Of a stretch of 64,000 nucleotides of DNA, positions 8,468 to 16,441 are shown one piece after another. Source of the stretch: Alphaproteobacteria bacterium. Its GTDB lineage: Bacteria > Pseudomonadota > Alphaproteobacteria > JAPOUT01 > G958296285. Below the pieces are notes generated by a model. That model saw only the letters and a list, made by a program, of their open reading frames with translations. It was not told where the DNA came from and made no database searches. The translations under genes were made by a program, and so were the position numbers. The DNA is taken from NCBI GenBank assembly GCA_965204775.1, contig CBDBFH010000029.1, positions 184,468 to 248,467 of the forward strand. The letters run 5' to 3'. Positions within the stretch are counted from its first letter, which is position 1. Each line of letters starts with the position of its first letter.

Positions 8468-8983
8468 ACCGTCGTTCCCGCCCCGCAAACCGGGAAAGCA
8501 TCTGGTGCTCGCTAACGGTCCCCTGTTCAGGCGCGGAACGTATCTCGTGATCACATCGAACAGCTGCTGACATTCGCCGGGGGGGAGAATCAGAAAGACG
8601 AGCCAATTGTCATGCGGCTTGGCCGGATCGGTGGTGGAAGACGTGGCCCGCGCAATCAGAACGGAAGACCCTGACCAGGGGAGTTCAAAATCAGGGAACT
8701 GATTTATATTGAATCCCGTGTAGCGGCCCCGAAGAGGGGTTTGTTTTCTCGCCGGATATCTGGTGCGAATAGCGACAGCCAGGCGAATGACTTCCTGTTG
8801 CGCCTCTACTTTTTTTCTTGAGTTGTTTATCTGATTGTAGAGGCTGGTGCCCCCGCCGATAAAAGTGGTGGCAAGCCCCAGAACCATCAGGGCTTCAATC
8901 AAAGTCACCCCGCGCTCGCTACTCGCCCCATAGCTTCTCAAAGAGAGTGAAGTGCTCTTGCGGCCTGGTGCGATAAAGCGCAT
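8447..8983 (-). CDS. Type IV (IVb-like) prepilin / pseudopilin-like protein, orphan
   Basis: Class III signal: long basic leader ending ..SSERG, then VTLIEALMVLGLATTFIGGG (Glu at +5, hydrophobic helix). Gene and upstream region are markedly AT-richer than surroundings. The ATG at 8983 is preferred over the TTG at 8998. Confidence 0.55.
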   Translation of the reverse strand: MRFIAPGRKSTSLSLRSYGASSERGVTLIEALMVLGLATTFIGGGTSLYNQINNSRKKVEAQQEVIRLAVAIRTRYPARKQTPLRGRYTGFNINQFPDFELPWSGSSVLIARATSSTTDPAKPHDNWLVFLILPPGECQQLFDVITRYVPRLNRGPLASTRCFPGLRGGNDGLALQGF

Positions 8984-9236
8984 CTGTTTTACTCGCAACT
9001 ATAAAAATACTTCTTGAAGTATAATCTTTCCATGCTCTTTACCGCTATTGATCCCTAGGTCTTTTTGTTCAACTTCCTGTTAAACAAACGTGAAGTGTTG
9101 TGCTATGCCCCTTCATCAATCAATTTCATTAATCAACAATGAAGAGGCAGCCTTTAGCCCCGTGAGAGCGGGGAAAAGAAAGTGTCGTCTGGGGGGTGAA
9201 AGAGCGTCTAAAGCGTACGCGCTCCCGCCATGCGGC

Positions 9237-9534
9237 TGGCGGAGAGGGAGGGATTCGCGCCTTCGGGGCGGCTCGGCGCCGCTTGCTCCCTTAGCAGGGG
9301 AACGCCTTCGACCACTCGGCCACCTATCCCGGAACTTCAAACCCCGTGGATAACCGGTTGCGCCCCCACGTTTAAGGATACCCCTTCCCGCCCGATTTAT
9401 CTCCCGCCGATCAAGATCCGGTGAAAAAGCCCCGCCCGCTCCGGCAATCGCCTATGATGGGGCGGAGGGGCAGAGAGCCGTCCTGCCTGCGAGGCTCCAT
9501 GTCTGTTCAAGGGCCAGGCCCCCCGCCGGTTTCG
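9237..9534. repeat. Direct repeat copy 2 (see 7936-8231)
   Basis: About 90% identity over ~298 bp with copy 1. Confidence 0.8.
9240..9330 (-). pseudogene. Degenerate tRNA-Ser(GCU) copy (pseudo-tRNA)
   Basis: Same anticodon arm as the 7937-8026 tRNA, but T-loop TTCGAAT is changed to CGCGAAT, T-stem and acceptor stem carry mismatches (T4-C69), and the variable arm is altered. A CCA is encoded here, unlike copy 1. Confidence 0.6.
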
Positions 9535-12345
9535 CCATCTGCGCCGCGGCCTCCCGAAGGCGCGAACGCCGTCCAGACTGCGCCCCGAAGCCGCCTGAGC
9601 CGAATCGCCACCGGCGCAAAAAACCGGGTCGCCGGTTTCAAAAACGCCGTGATGACGCGGGGCCGCGCTCTTTTCTCCCGCCGCCGCGAGGCCGCCGTCA
9701 ATCACGACGCTGCCGCTCCGCTCAACCCCGAAGACCTGTTCCGCAAAACCACGATCAGAAGCCGCCGCAGCGCCGGCGGGGGCAGCGCCGAAACTTCGTC
9801 TGCACCGGACGTCCCGCCGGATGATCCGGCCTCGGCCCATGCCGCCCGGCAGCAAAGAAAACAAAGACGCCGCGCCCTGCGCCGGGGCAACCGGCTGGTC
9901 GAGCAGGCGCTCGCCCGTCCCCGTGAGGCCGATACAAGAGCGGCCAGCCTCTATAGCCGCAAGCCGCTCGCCGATATGCGCGCCGAACTTTCCGGATTGC
10001 TCTATCAGCAGGTCGGCAATCATTCCGGGGAGCAGGCGGTCGGGCGCGTCATGCAGGGCGAGCCGGTCGCCGCCGCCGCCCCCGGCTTTCCGTGGCGGCA
10101 GGACTTCGAATTCGTTCAGGACCTGCTCGATTATACCCAGACGCTGGAGCAGGACGCCGGGCGGATCGAAGACCTCGCGGAAAAAATCGAAACCGGCGAC
10201 GCCAGCCCCGGCGACGCCCAGACCCTCTCCGATCTGCTTCATGCGCATAAGGAGAATCTGGCCCTGATTCAGGGCCGGATCGGAGCGTTTCCCCAGGAAA
10301 GCGCCGCGCGCGCCAAAGCCGGCAGGCATAATCTGCCCGCTCCCCTGATCGCCCAGACCAAAGCGCTCAGCCAGCGTCTGGCCGGGCATCACATGGAGAT
10401 CGCCGACACGCTCTCGCGCTATGGCGCGGCGCTGCCGGAGACCCATAACCTGTCCGCGCCCGACCGCCTCGCCCATGATCTGCGCGCGACCGAGGGTTTT
10501 CTCAACGCCCTCTACATCCTTCGCCTGGAGGTTCAGGAGCCTTCGCGCGAGCGGGGGAGCGCGCAGGCTCTCGAACGGACGATCAGCGCGGTTCAGGCGC
10601 ATCGCACCGAGTTGTCCCGCCTGCTCGCCGCCCGCGCTTCGCCCGCGCAGGCGCGGCTGCGCGACGCGCTGGCCCGCCCCGCCCCGCCCGGCAACCGGCT
10701 CCCGGCCCCGGCGGCACAGGCCGCAAAACAGCGTCTGCTCGACCGGTGGGGGCAATCTCGGGGGGCCGGAGCAGGCCCCGCGCTTCCCGTCTCCGATCCG
10801 GATTTGAGCCAGCATGAGATGCTCGAAGCGTTCCTTGAGCACCAGCTCGATTTTTTCAACACGAAACTGCCTCTGTCGCATGCGCAGACCGCCTTCCTCT
10901 TCGGGCAAACGCGGGTTCATGCCCGCAACCTGGCCGCCTGGCCGCTGATCACCGATAATTTTTCGCTGCCTGCGCCGGAAGGTGGCAAAGACTATCGCAG
11001 CGAAATCGAGCCCGCCGGAGTCGCCCTCGCCCCGCGCTTCGAAGAGCGCTATGGCGTCGCCGCAAGAGCGGCCAAAGGCATCTGCGCCGCCGACCGCTTC
11101 GAGCATCGCCATGTCGCCAATCTGGCGGTCAGCAGATTGCGCAACAGCGAGGGCGCGCTCCTCTATGAAGGCCTGCGCCATGCCGCGCTCGACCCCTCCG
11201 CAATTACCGGCGAGGCCCTGCGGAAGATGTCGATCCAGCAATTGACGCCCCTGCTTGACCGCCATTACTGGAACGAAGGCATGAAACTGCCGGGGCAGCT
11301 GAATCCGCGCCAACTGGCCGCCGCGCTGTTGCTGCGGAGCGCGGGGCAGCCGGAGGAGCTCGACGCGGTTGCGGCCCAAATCCGCCGCGGCGCGATCGAC
11401 GCACAGGCGCAGGAACTCGCCGCCGCCGCGCTCATCTCCGATCCGGCCAAACTGGAGCGCGCGCTGGCCGGGGATACGGTCAAACTGCCGATGAATGTCG
11501 TCTCGCTGCTCACCGCCGGACGGCGCGGCCCGCCCGATCAGCGCGCCGTCCTTAACGAAGAGGCCGCCGCCCTGCAAAGGCTCGCCAATGACGGCAGGCC
11601 GGTCGTGCTCAGACTCACGGATGAAAACAATCGCCCGCGCCCGGTGAGCGTCGAGGTCGACCTCAATCTCCTCAATTTCGATCTGGAAGAAACGCCGCGC
11701 CGCGCGCGCAGCGGAGAGTTCGCCGTGCTGCTCCTGAGCAGACTCACCGGCTGGCGGATGCGATCCAGAGCCAATGATCCGGGGGTGGAGCGGCTTATCG
11801 GGCCTTTGCAGGCTTCGGGGGTCGGCGGCAAGGCGGGGGCGGCGCTGGCCGCGCTCGACGGCGAAATCCGCGCGCTCAACGACCGGCGCGACACTCTGCT
11901 CCTCAGCGACCCGGAGCAGCAGAGCAGGCAAAACCGGGACAGCCTGTTCGAACTGGATCGCCGGATTGAAGGGCTGGACAAGAATCGCCGCAGCCTTGAA
12001 CTCTGCGCCGAGCAAAGCCGGACGCTCTGGCGCGGCGGCGCTTTGGATCGGGGCGGGGAGGGCGCTTATGCGATGGCCGCCCGCCTCTCCGCGCTCTGCC
12101 ACCTGATCGGCGAGAAGCCAATCGTCAGCGACCATAACGGCCTCGACCGGACCGGCCAGCTGGACGGGCAGGTCAAATATCTTCTCGCCCGCGCCGACCG
12201 GGACGGCGTCCTGCCCGGCCCGTCCGGACAGCCGGAATTGGAAGAGCAGACGGCCCGCGCCGAAGCCGTTCTCCACAGCGGGAACCGCCAACTGGAGCGC
12301 CTCAATGCGGGTCTGCCGCCGGACCCGAATTTTGCCCCGCGCTAG
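9421..12345 (+). CDS. Large hypothetical protein (974 aa from the first ATG), no recognisable catalytic motifs; possible secreted or effector-like protein
   Basis: Continuous ORF with strongly GC3-biased codon usage typical of real genes in this genome. N-terminus is Pro/Arg/Ser-rich. The first ~38 codons lie inside repeat copy 2, so the true start may be downstream (GTG 9649 / ATG 9652). An xGxDRTG P-loop-like string (SDHNGLDRTG) occurs near the C-terminus. Confidence 0.6.
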   Translation: MKKPRPLRQSPMMGRRGREPSCLRGSMSVQGPGPPPVSPSAPRPPEGANAVQTAPRSRLSRIATGAKNRVAGFKNAVMTRGRALFSRRREAAVNHDAAAPLNPEDLFRKTTIRSRRSAGGGSAETSSAPDVPPDDPASAHAARQQRKQRRRALRRGNRLVEQALARPREADTRAASLYSRKPLADMRAELSGLLYQQVGNHSGEQAVGRVMQGEPVAAAAPGFPWRQDFEFVQDLLDYTQTLEQDAGRIEDLAEKIETGDASPGDAQTLSDLLHAHKENLALIQGRIGAFPQESAARAKAGRHNLPAPLIAQTKALSQRLAGHHMEIADTLSRYGAALPETHNLSAPDRLAHDLRATEGFLNALYILRLEVQEPSRERGSAQALERTISAVQAHRTELSRLLAARASPAQARLRDALARPAPPGNRLPAPAAQAAKQRLLDRWGQSRGAGAGPALPVSDPDLSQHEMLEAFLEHQLDFFNTKLPLSHAQTAFLFGQTRVHARNLAAWPLITDNFSLPAPEGGKDYRSEIEPAGVALAPRFEERYGVAARAAKGICAADRFEHRHVANLAVSRLRNSEGALLYEGLRHAALDPSAITGEALRKMSIQQLTPLLDRHYWNEGMKLPGQLNPRQLAAALLLRSAGQPEELDAVAAQIRRGAIDAQAQELAAAALISDPAKLERALAGDTVKLPMNVVSLLTAGRRGPPDQRAVLNEEAAALQRLANDGRPVVLRLTDENNRPRPVSVEVDLNLLNFDLEETPRRARSGEFAVLLLSRLTGWRMRSRANDPGVERLIGPLQASGVGGKAGAALAALDGEIRALNDRRDTLLLSDPEQQSRQNRDSLFELDRRIEGLDKNRRSLELCAEQSRTLWRGGALDRGGEGAYAMAARLSALCHLIGEKPIVSDHNGLDRTGQLDGQVKYLLARADRDGVLPGPSGQPELEEQTARAEAVLHSGNRQLERLNAGLPPDPNFAPR

Positions 12346-12448
12346 GCGCGCGGCAAGGCGCTGGTCAAAGCGCTGATTCTTTTTTATCGTTGTGCTTTCC
12401 CGAGCTCCGGGCGCTTCGCCGGACCGGAGCGGCGCAGACACGACGCTC

Positions 12449-13330
12449 ATGTTTAAAGGATCCATCACCGCCCTGATCACGCCGTTCAAGGACGGCGCGC
12501 TGGACGAGACGGCCTTCCGCCGCTTCGTCCAGTGGCAGATCAAACAGGGAACCCACGGCCTCGTGCCCTGCGGGACGACCGGGGAATCGCCGGCGCTTTC
12601 CCATGAGGAGCATATCCGCCTTGTCGAACTTTGCGTCCGGACCGCCGCCGGAAAGGTTCCGGTTCTGGCCGGGACCGGCTCGAACAGCACCGCCGAGGCC
12701 GTCCACCTCACCCGCGCCGCCGCCCGCGCCGGAGCCGACGCCGCGCTGGTCGTCACCCCCTATTACAACAAGCCCTCGCAGGAAGGGCTGATCGCGCATT
12801 ACCGAAAACTGGCCGAAGCCGTCCCCGGTCTGCCGATCATCATCTATAACATTCCAGGCCGCTCGGTGATCGACATGTCGGTCGAAACCATGGCCCGCCT
12901 CGCCGAAATCAAAACCATCGCCGGAGTCAAAGACGCCACCGGCGACGTGACCCGCGTCAGCCGCCAGCGCGCCGCCTGCGGCGCGGACTTCTGCCAGCTG
13001 TCGGGCGAAGACGCCAGCGCGCTGGGCTTCATGGCCCACGGCGGACAAGGCTGCATCTCGGTCACCGCCAACGCCGCCCCCGCCCTGTGCGCCGAATTCC
13101 AGAACGCCTGCCTCGCCGGAGACTTCCGCAAAGCCCTCGCCCTGCAGGATAAACTCATGCCCCTCCATCAGGCGCTCTTCGCCGCGCCCAGTCCGGCCCC
13201 GGCCAAATGTGCCGTCGAACTGCTCGGCTTCGCCCGCGCCGAGACGCGCCTGCCCCTGCTCCCCGCCGGGACCGGCGTTCAGGCCCGCTTGCGCGAGGCG
13301 CTCGCCTCCCTCGCCCTGCTTCCGGCCTGA
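12449..13330 (+). CDS. dapA: 4-hydroxy-tetrahydrodipicolinate synthase
   Basis: [37 protein letters not shown]; canonical DapA. Confidence 0.9.
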   Translation: MFKGSITALITPFKDGALDETAFRRFVQWQIKQGTHGLVPCGTTGESPALSHEEHIRLVELCVRTAAGKVPVLAGTGSNSTAEAVHLTRAAARAGADAALVVTPYYNKPSQEGLIAHYRKLAEAVPGLPIIIYNIPGRSVIDMSVETMARLAEIKTIAGVKDATGDVTRVSRQRAACGADFCQLSGEDASALGFMAHGGQGCISVTANAAPALCAEFQNACLAGDFRKALALQDKLMPLHQALFAAPSPAPAKCAVELLGFARAETRLPLLPAGTGVQARLREALASLALLPA

Positions 13331-13349
13331 TCCCGCATCAAAGCCCCCC

Positions 13350-13829
13350 ATGCCCCCCGCGCCTCCGTCTCCCCGCACGGTCATCGAAAACCGCCGGGCG
13401 CGCCATGCTTATATTGTCGAGGAGTCGCTGGAGGCGGGCCTCATGCTCCTCGGCTCCGAGGTCAAGGCCCTGCGCGCCGGTTCCGCCAGCCTCGACCGCG
13501 CCTATGCCCTCGCCCGCCCCGGCGGACTCTATCTGATCAACGCCTTTATCGGGCCTTATCAGGCCTCCGGGCGGTTTTCGCATTCGCCCCGGCGGGCGCG
13601 CAAACTTCTCCTGCACAAGAGGCAGATCAGCCGCTTCGCCGATGTGCGTAGCCGCGCCGGAATGACTCTCGTGCCTTTGCGGCTCTATTTCGACGCGAAA
13701 GGGCGGGCGAAAGTGGAGATCGCCCTTGTGCGCGGGCGCAAGACTCATGACCGCCGCGCGCGGGAGAAGGAGCGCGACTGGCAGCGCCGCAAGGGCGCGC
13801 TCCTGCGCCGCAAGGTCCGGCGCTCCTAG
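13350..13829 (+). CDS. smpB: SsrA-binding protein
   Basis: IENRRARHAYIVEE..GSEVKALR..LYLINAFIGPY..LLLHKRQI matches SmpB. Confidence 0.9.
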   Translation: MPPAPPSPRTVIENRRARHAYIVEESLEAGLMLLGSEVKALRAGSASLDRAYALARPGGLYLINAFIGPYQASGRFSHSPRRARKLLLHKRQISRFADVRSRAGMTLVPLRLYFDAKGRAKVEIALVRGRKTHDRRAREKERDWQRRKGALLRRKVRRS

Positions 13830-14488
13830 GCGGCGAGAAATTTGCGGATCGCCGCAAAGACCCTGGCGAAATCCTCCGCCTTGAGAAGTTTGGTCGAGAC
13901 GTTGCGTTGCGAGCAATGATAGCTGTCGAACAGGCTGAGGCGACCCGCCCGGCCTTCGATCTCATCGATGTCATGGCGGCGGCCATGACCGAAGGGATAG
14001 GCGCGGCGGCGCAGATTCAAGGTGTCCAGAGCGCTGTCATGGGCGATCCGGCCCAGCGCGAGGACCGCCCGCAGACGCGGCATCGCGGCAATCCGCGCCG
14101 ACAAAAAGCGCCGGCAGGTTCTGATCTCTTCGGCAAGGGGGCGGTTTTCCGGAGGAACGCAGCGCACCGCATTGGTGATCATGCAATCGCGCAGGGTGAG
14201 TCCGTCCTGTGCGCTTTCGCCATAGGTTCCGCGCGCGAAGCCCTGTTCGCAAAGCGTGCGGTAGAGCAATTTCCCCGCGCCGTCTCCGGTAAAAGGCCGC
14301 CCCGTCCGGTTGGCCCCGCGCAGGCCGGGCGCAAGACCGACGATCAAAAGGCGCGCCGTCCTGCCTCCGCCGAAACAGGGAACTGGGCGATTGCGCCAGT
14401 CCGGATGCCGGTGCGCCAGTTGGCGGCGAAAGCGCGCCAGACGCGGGCATAAGGCGCAATCGGCGGGGGCGTTGGGCGATTGCGCCAC
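13826..14488 (-). CDS. Uracil-DNA glycosylase, family 4 (Fe-S type)
   Basis: CALCPRLARFR..IVGLAPG..GRPFTGDAG..NAVRCVPPENRP motifs. Confidence 0.8.
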   Translation of the reverse strand: MAQSPNAPADCALCPRLARFRRQLAHRHPDWRNRPVPCFGGGRTARLLIVGLAPGLRGANRTGRPFTGDGAGKLLYRTLCEQGFARGTYGESAQDGLTLRDCMITNAVRCVPPENRPLAEEIRTCRRFLSARIAAMPRLRAVLALGRIAHDSALDTLNLRRRAYPFGHGRRHDIDEIEGRAGRLSLFDSYHCSQRNVSTKLLKAEDFARVFAAIRKFLAA

Positions 14489-14497
14489 CAGACGGGA

Positions 14498-15304
14498 TCA
14501 GGGTGTCGAACGACTCGTCGCGGGGCGCCTCGGCGCAGCGCGCGGCGGCCTGGGACCCCCCGCCGGGGTGCGGGCCGCCGGACGCGGGCGCTCCACCTCC
14601 GGCGCAGACCTTGGCCCTGCCTGAGGCCGGTCCGGGTCGATCCCTTCGATATAGTCGTTGGAAATTTCCCCGGGCCGCGCCGCGCCCGGCTTCGCATAGG
14701 GCGCAGGCCCCGGCGGCGGACGCTCCGCCGCGCCCGTCTGCCCCTGACCGGCCAGCGCCGGGCGCGCAATCTCCTCGCGCATGTCGGCAAGGTCAACGAA
14801 AAAATCAGCCTGCCGCCGCAAGTCGTCGGCGATCATCGAAGGCTGCGTGCGCGCCGTCGAAACCACCGTCACCCGCTTGCCGCGCTTCTGCAGCGCATCG
14901 ACCAGACGCCGAAAGTCGCCGTCGCCCGACATCAGAACAATATGATCCAGATGCGCCGACATCTCCATCGCATCCACCGCCAGTTCAATGTCCATATTGC
15001 CCTTGACCTTGCGGTTCCCGGCGGCGTCGACGAACTCCTTCATCGGCTTGGTCACCATCGAATAGCCGTTATATTGCAGCCAGTCGATCAAAGGCCGCAC
15101 CGGCGAATACACCTGCTCGCCGGGCAGCGCCGTGTAGTAATAAGCCCGCACCAAAAGCGCCTTGCGCGCAAACAGCCGCCGCAACTTGCTGAAGTCAATG
15201 TCGAATTCCAGACTCCGCGTCGAGCCGTAAACGTTGGCCCCGTCAATGAAAAGGGCAATGCGCTCTCCCGGCCTGAAATCTGTCGATTCGTCGAAACCAC
15301 TCAT
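14498..15304 (-). CDS. NYN/LabA-like domain protein with Pro/Ala/Arg-rich disordered C-terminal tail
   Basis: LFIDGANVY..MDIELAVDAME..LMSGDGDF NYN signature. ATG at 15304 is preceded by GGGAGAG. Confidence 0.7.
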   Translation of the reverse strand: MSGFDESTDFRPGERIALFIDGANVYGSTRSLEFDIDFSKLRRLFARKALLVRAYYYTALPGEQVYSPVRPLIDWLQYNGYSMVTKPMKEFVDAAGNRKVKGNMDIELAVDAMEMSAHLDHIVLMSGDGDFRRLVDALQKRGKRVTVVSTARTQPSMIADDLRRQADFFVDLADMREEIARPALAGQGQTGAAERPPPGPAPYAKPGAARPGEISNDYIEGIDPDRPQAGPRSAPEVERPRPAARTPAGGPRPPRAAPRRPATSRSTP

Positions 15305-15402
15305 GATATATCTCTCCCATGAGGCTGAAAACTTCACAAAAATCACGCTCCCACCCTAGCAGACCGGGGGCCGGGAGATCACAGGCCGGATTACAAAAAA
15401 TT

Positions 15403-15948
15403 TTGATCGCGCTGGGGGGCAATCGCCCCGGGCCGCTGGGGCCGCCGATTGTGGGCTTGCGCGCCGTCCGGGCGCTGCTGCCCCGCGCCGGTCTGAAGGT
15501 GAAGGCCGTCTCGCCCCTCTACTGGACGAGAACCGAGGGCAAAGGCTATGGCCCGGATTTCTTCAACGGGGTGATGGCCTGCGCCGGTTCCTGCCCGCCG
15601 GAGCGGCTGCTCGCCCGCCTCCACCAGCTCGAAGAGCGCTATGGCCGCGTGCGCACCGCCGGACCCAACCCCCGGCCCCTCGACCTCGACCTGATCGACC
15701 ATCAGGGCCGGGTCCGGCGTGGCCGGGTCCGGCGGGGCCGCGTCCGGCGCGGGCTTCATCTGCCGCACCCGGAGGCGCATGACAGGCTTTTCGTCCTCAA
15801 GCCCCTTCAGGATGCCGTCCCCTTCTGGCGCGCTCCGCCGGACGGCGTGCCGCTGGGCCGCCTCCTCCGGCCTCTGGCCGGCGTCGCGGCGCGGGGAGGG
15901 GTCAAAGGCCCTTTTCCCTTGCGTCCGGGGCGGCGCGCGCTTAGATAA
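15403..15948 (+). CDS. folK: 2-amino-4-hydroxy-6-hydroxymethyldihydropteridine pyrophosphokinase (HPPK)
   Basis: [34 protein letters not shown] match FolK. Start uncertain (TTG at 15403 proposed; the ATG at 15319 would overlap the divergent NYN gene start region). Contains a 3 x 15-bp in-frame insert (GRVRR x3). Confidence 0.65.
   Translation: MIALGGNRPGPLGPPIVGLRAVRALLPRAGLKVKAVSPLYWTRTEGKGYGPDFFNGVMACAGSCPPERLLARLHQLEERYGRVRTAGPNPRPLDLDLIDHQGRVRRGRVRRGRVRRGLHLPHPEAHDRLFVLKPLQDAVPFWRAPPDGVPLGRLLRPLAGVAARGGVKGPFPLRPGRRALR
15706..15750 (+). repeat. 3 tandem copies of a 15-bp in-frame unit (ggccgggtccggcgt) inside folK
   Basis: Directly visible; encodes [16 protein letters not shown] in a loop region of HPPK. 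Confidence 0.85.
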
Positions 15949-15994
15949 AGGGAGGCAATTCGCCCCCACGCCGAGGGGGGCGGGGAGTGGAGTC

Positions 15995-16378
15995 ATGGCG
16001 CGCGTCACCGTTGAAGATTGCATCAGGCGAGTCCAGAACCGGTTTAAGCTTGTCTTCTACGCGTCCCACCGGGCGCGGCAGATCGCGGCGGGGGCGCGCG
16101 AGACCATCGACCGCGACCGCGACCGCAACCCGGTTCTGGCCCTGCGCGAAATCGCCGAAGGCACGATAGACTTGGAAGAGCTGGACGAGGAGATGATTCT
16201 CAAATTGTGCCGCCACCAGCCTGATGAGCCGGGCGAGGAGGGGGCCGGCCCTCTCCCGGCGGCGGCGGGAGCGGAAAAACCCCCGCCCCAGATGACCGAG
16301 GACGAAATGCTCAAGGTCCATGCCGACATGGCCGGCGAACAGGTTAAAGAGGCCGAAGACAGCGGCGAAACGGACTAG
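15995..16378 (+). CDS. rpoZ: DNA-directed RNA polymerase subunit omega
   Basis: [30 protein letters not shown] is a typical RpoZ N-terminus; GGGGAG RBS; acidic C-terminal tail. Confidence 0.85.
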   Translation: MARVTVEDCIRRVQNRFKLVFYASHRARQIAAGARETIDRDRDRNPVLALREIAEGTIDLEELDEEMILKLCRHQPDEPGEEGAGPLPAAAGAEKPPPQMTEDEMLKVHADMAGEQVKEAEDSGETD

Positions 16379-16441
16379 AATGGGGGCGTTCGCTTCCGCC
16401 GGTTTGCGTCCGGAGGCGAAGATGCGGAGCGCGCCGGACCG

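Noticed and set aside
7936-9534. Integrase-mediated genomic island at tRNA-Ser
   Set aside because: No integrase or excisionase gene. The duplicated segment is the full tRNA plus its 5' flank rather than a 3'-end att core, so a classical site-specific integration is not supported.
9397-12756. 1119-aa minus-strand ORF
   Set aside because: Runs antisense through dapA and the 974-aa plus-strand gene. Composition is Ala/Gly/Arg-rich with no motifs, and the plus-strand frame shows the expected GC3 codon bias.
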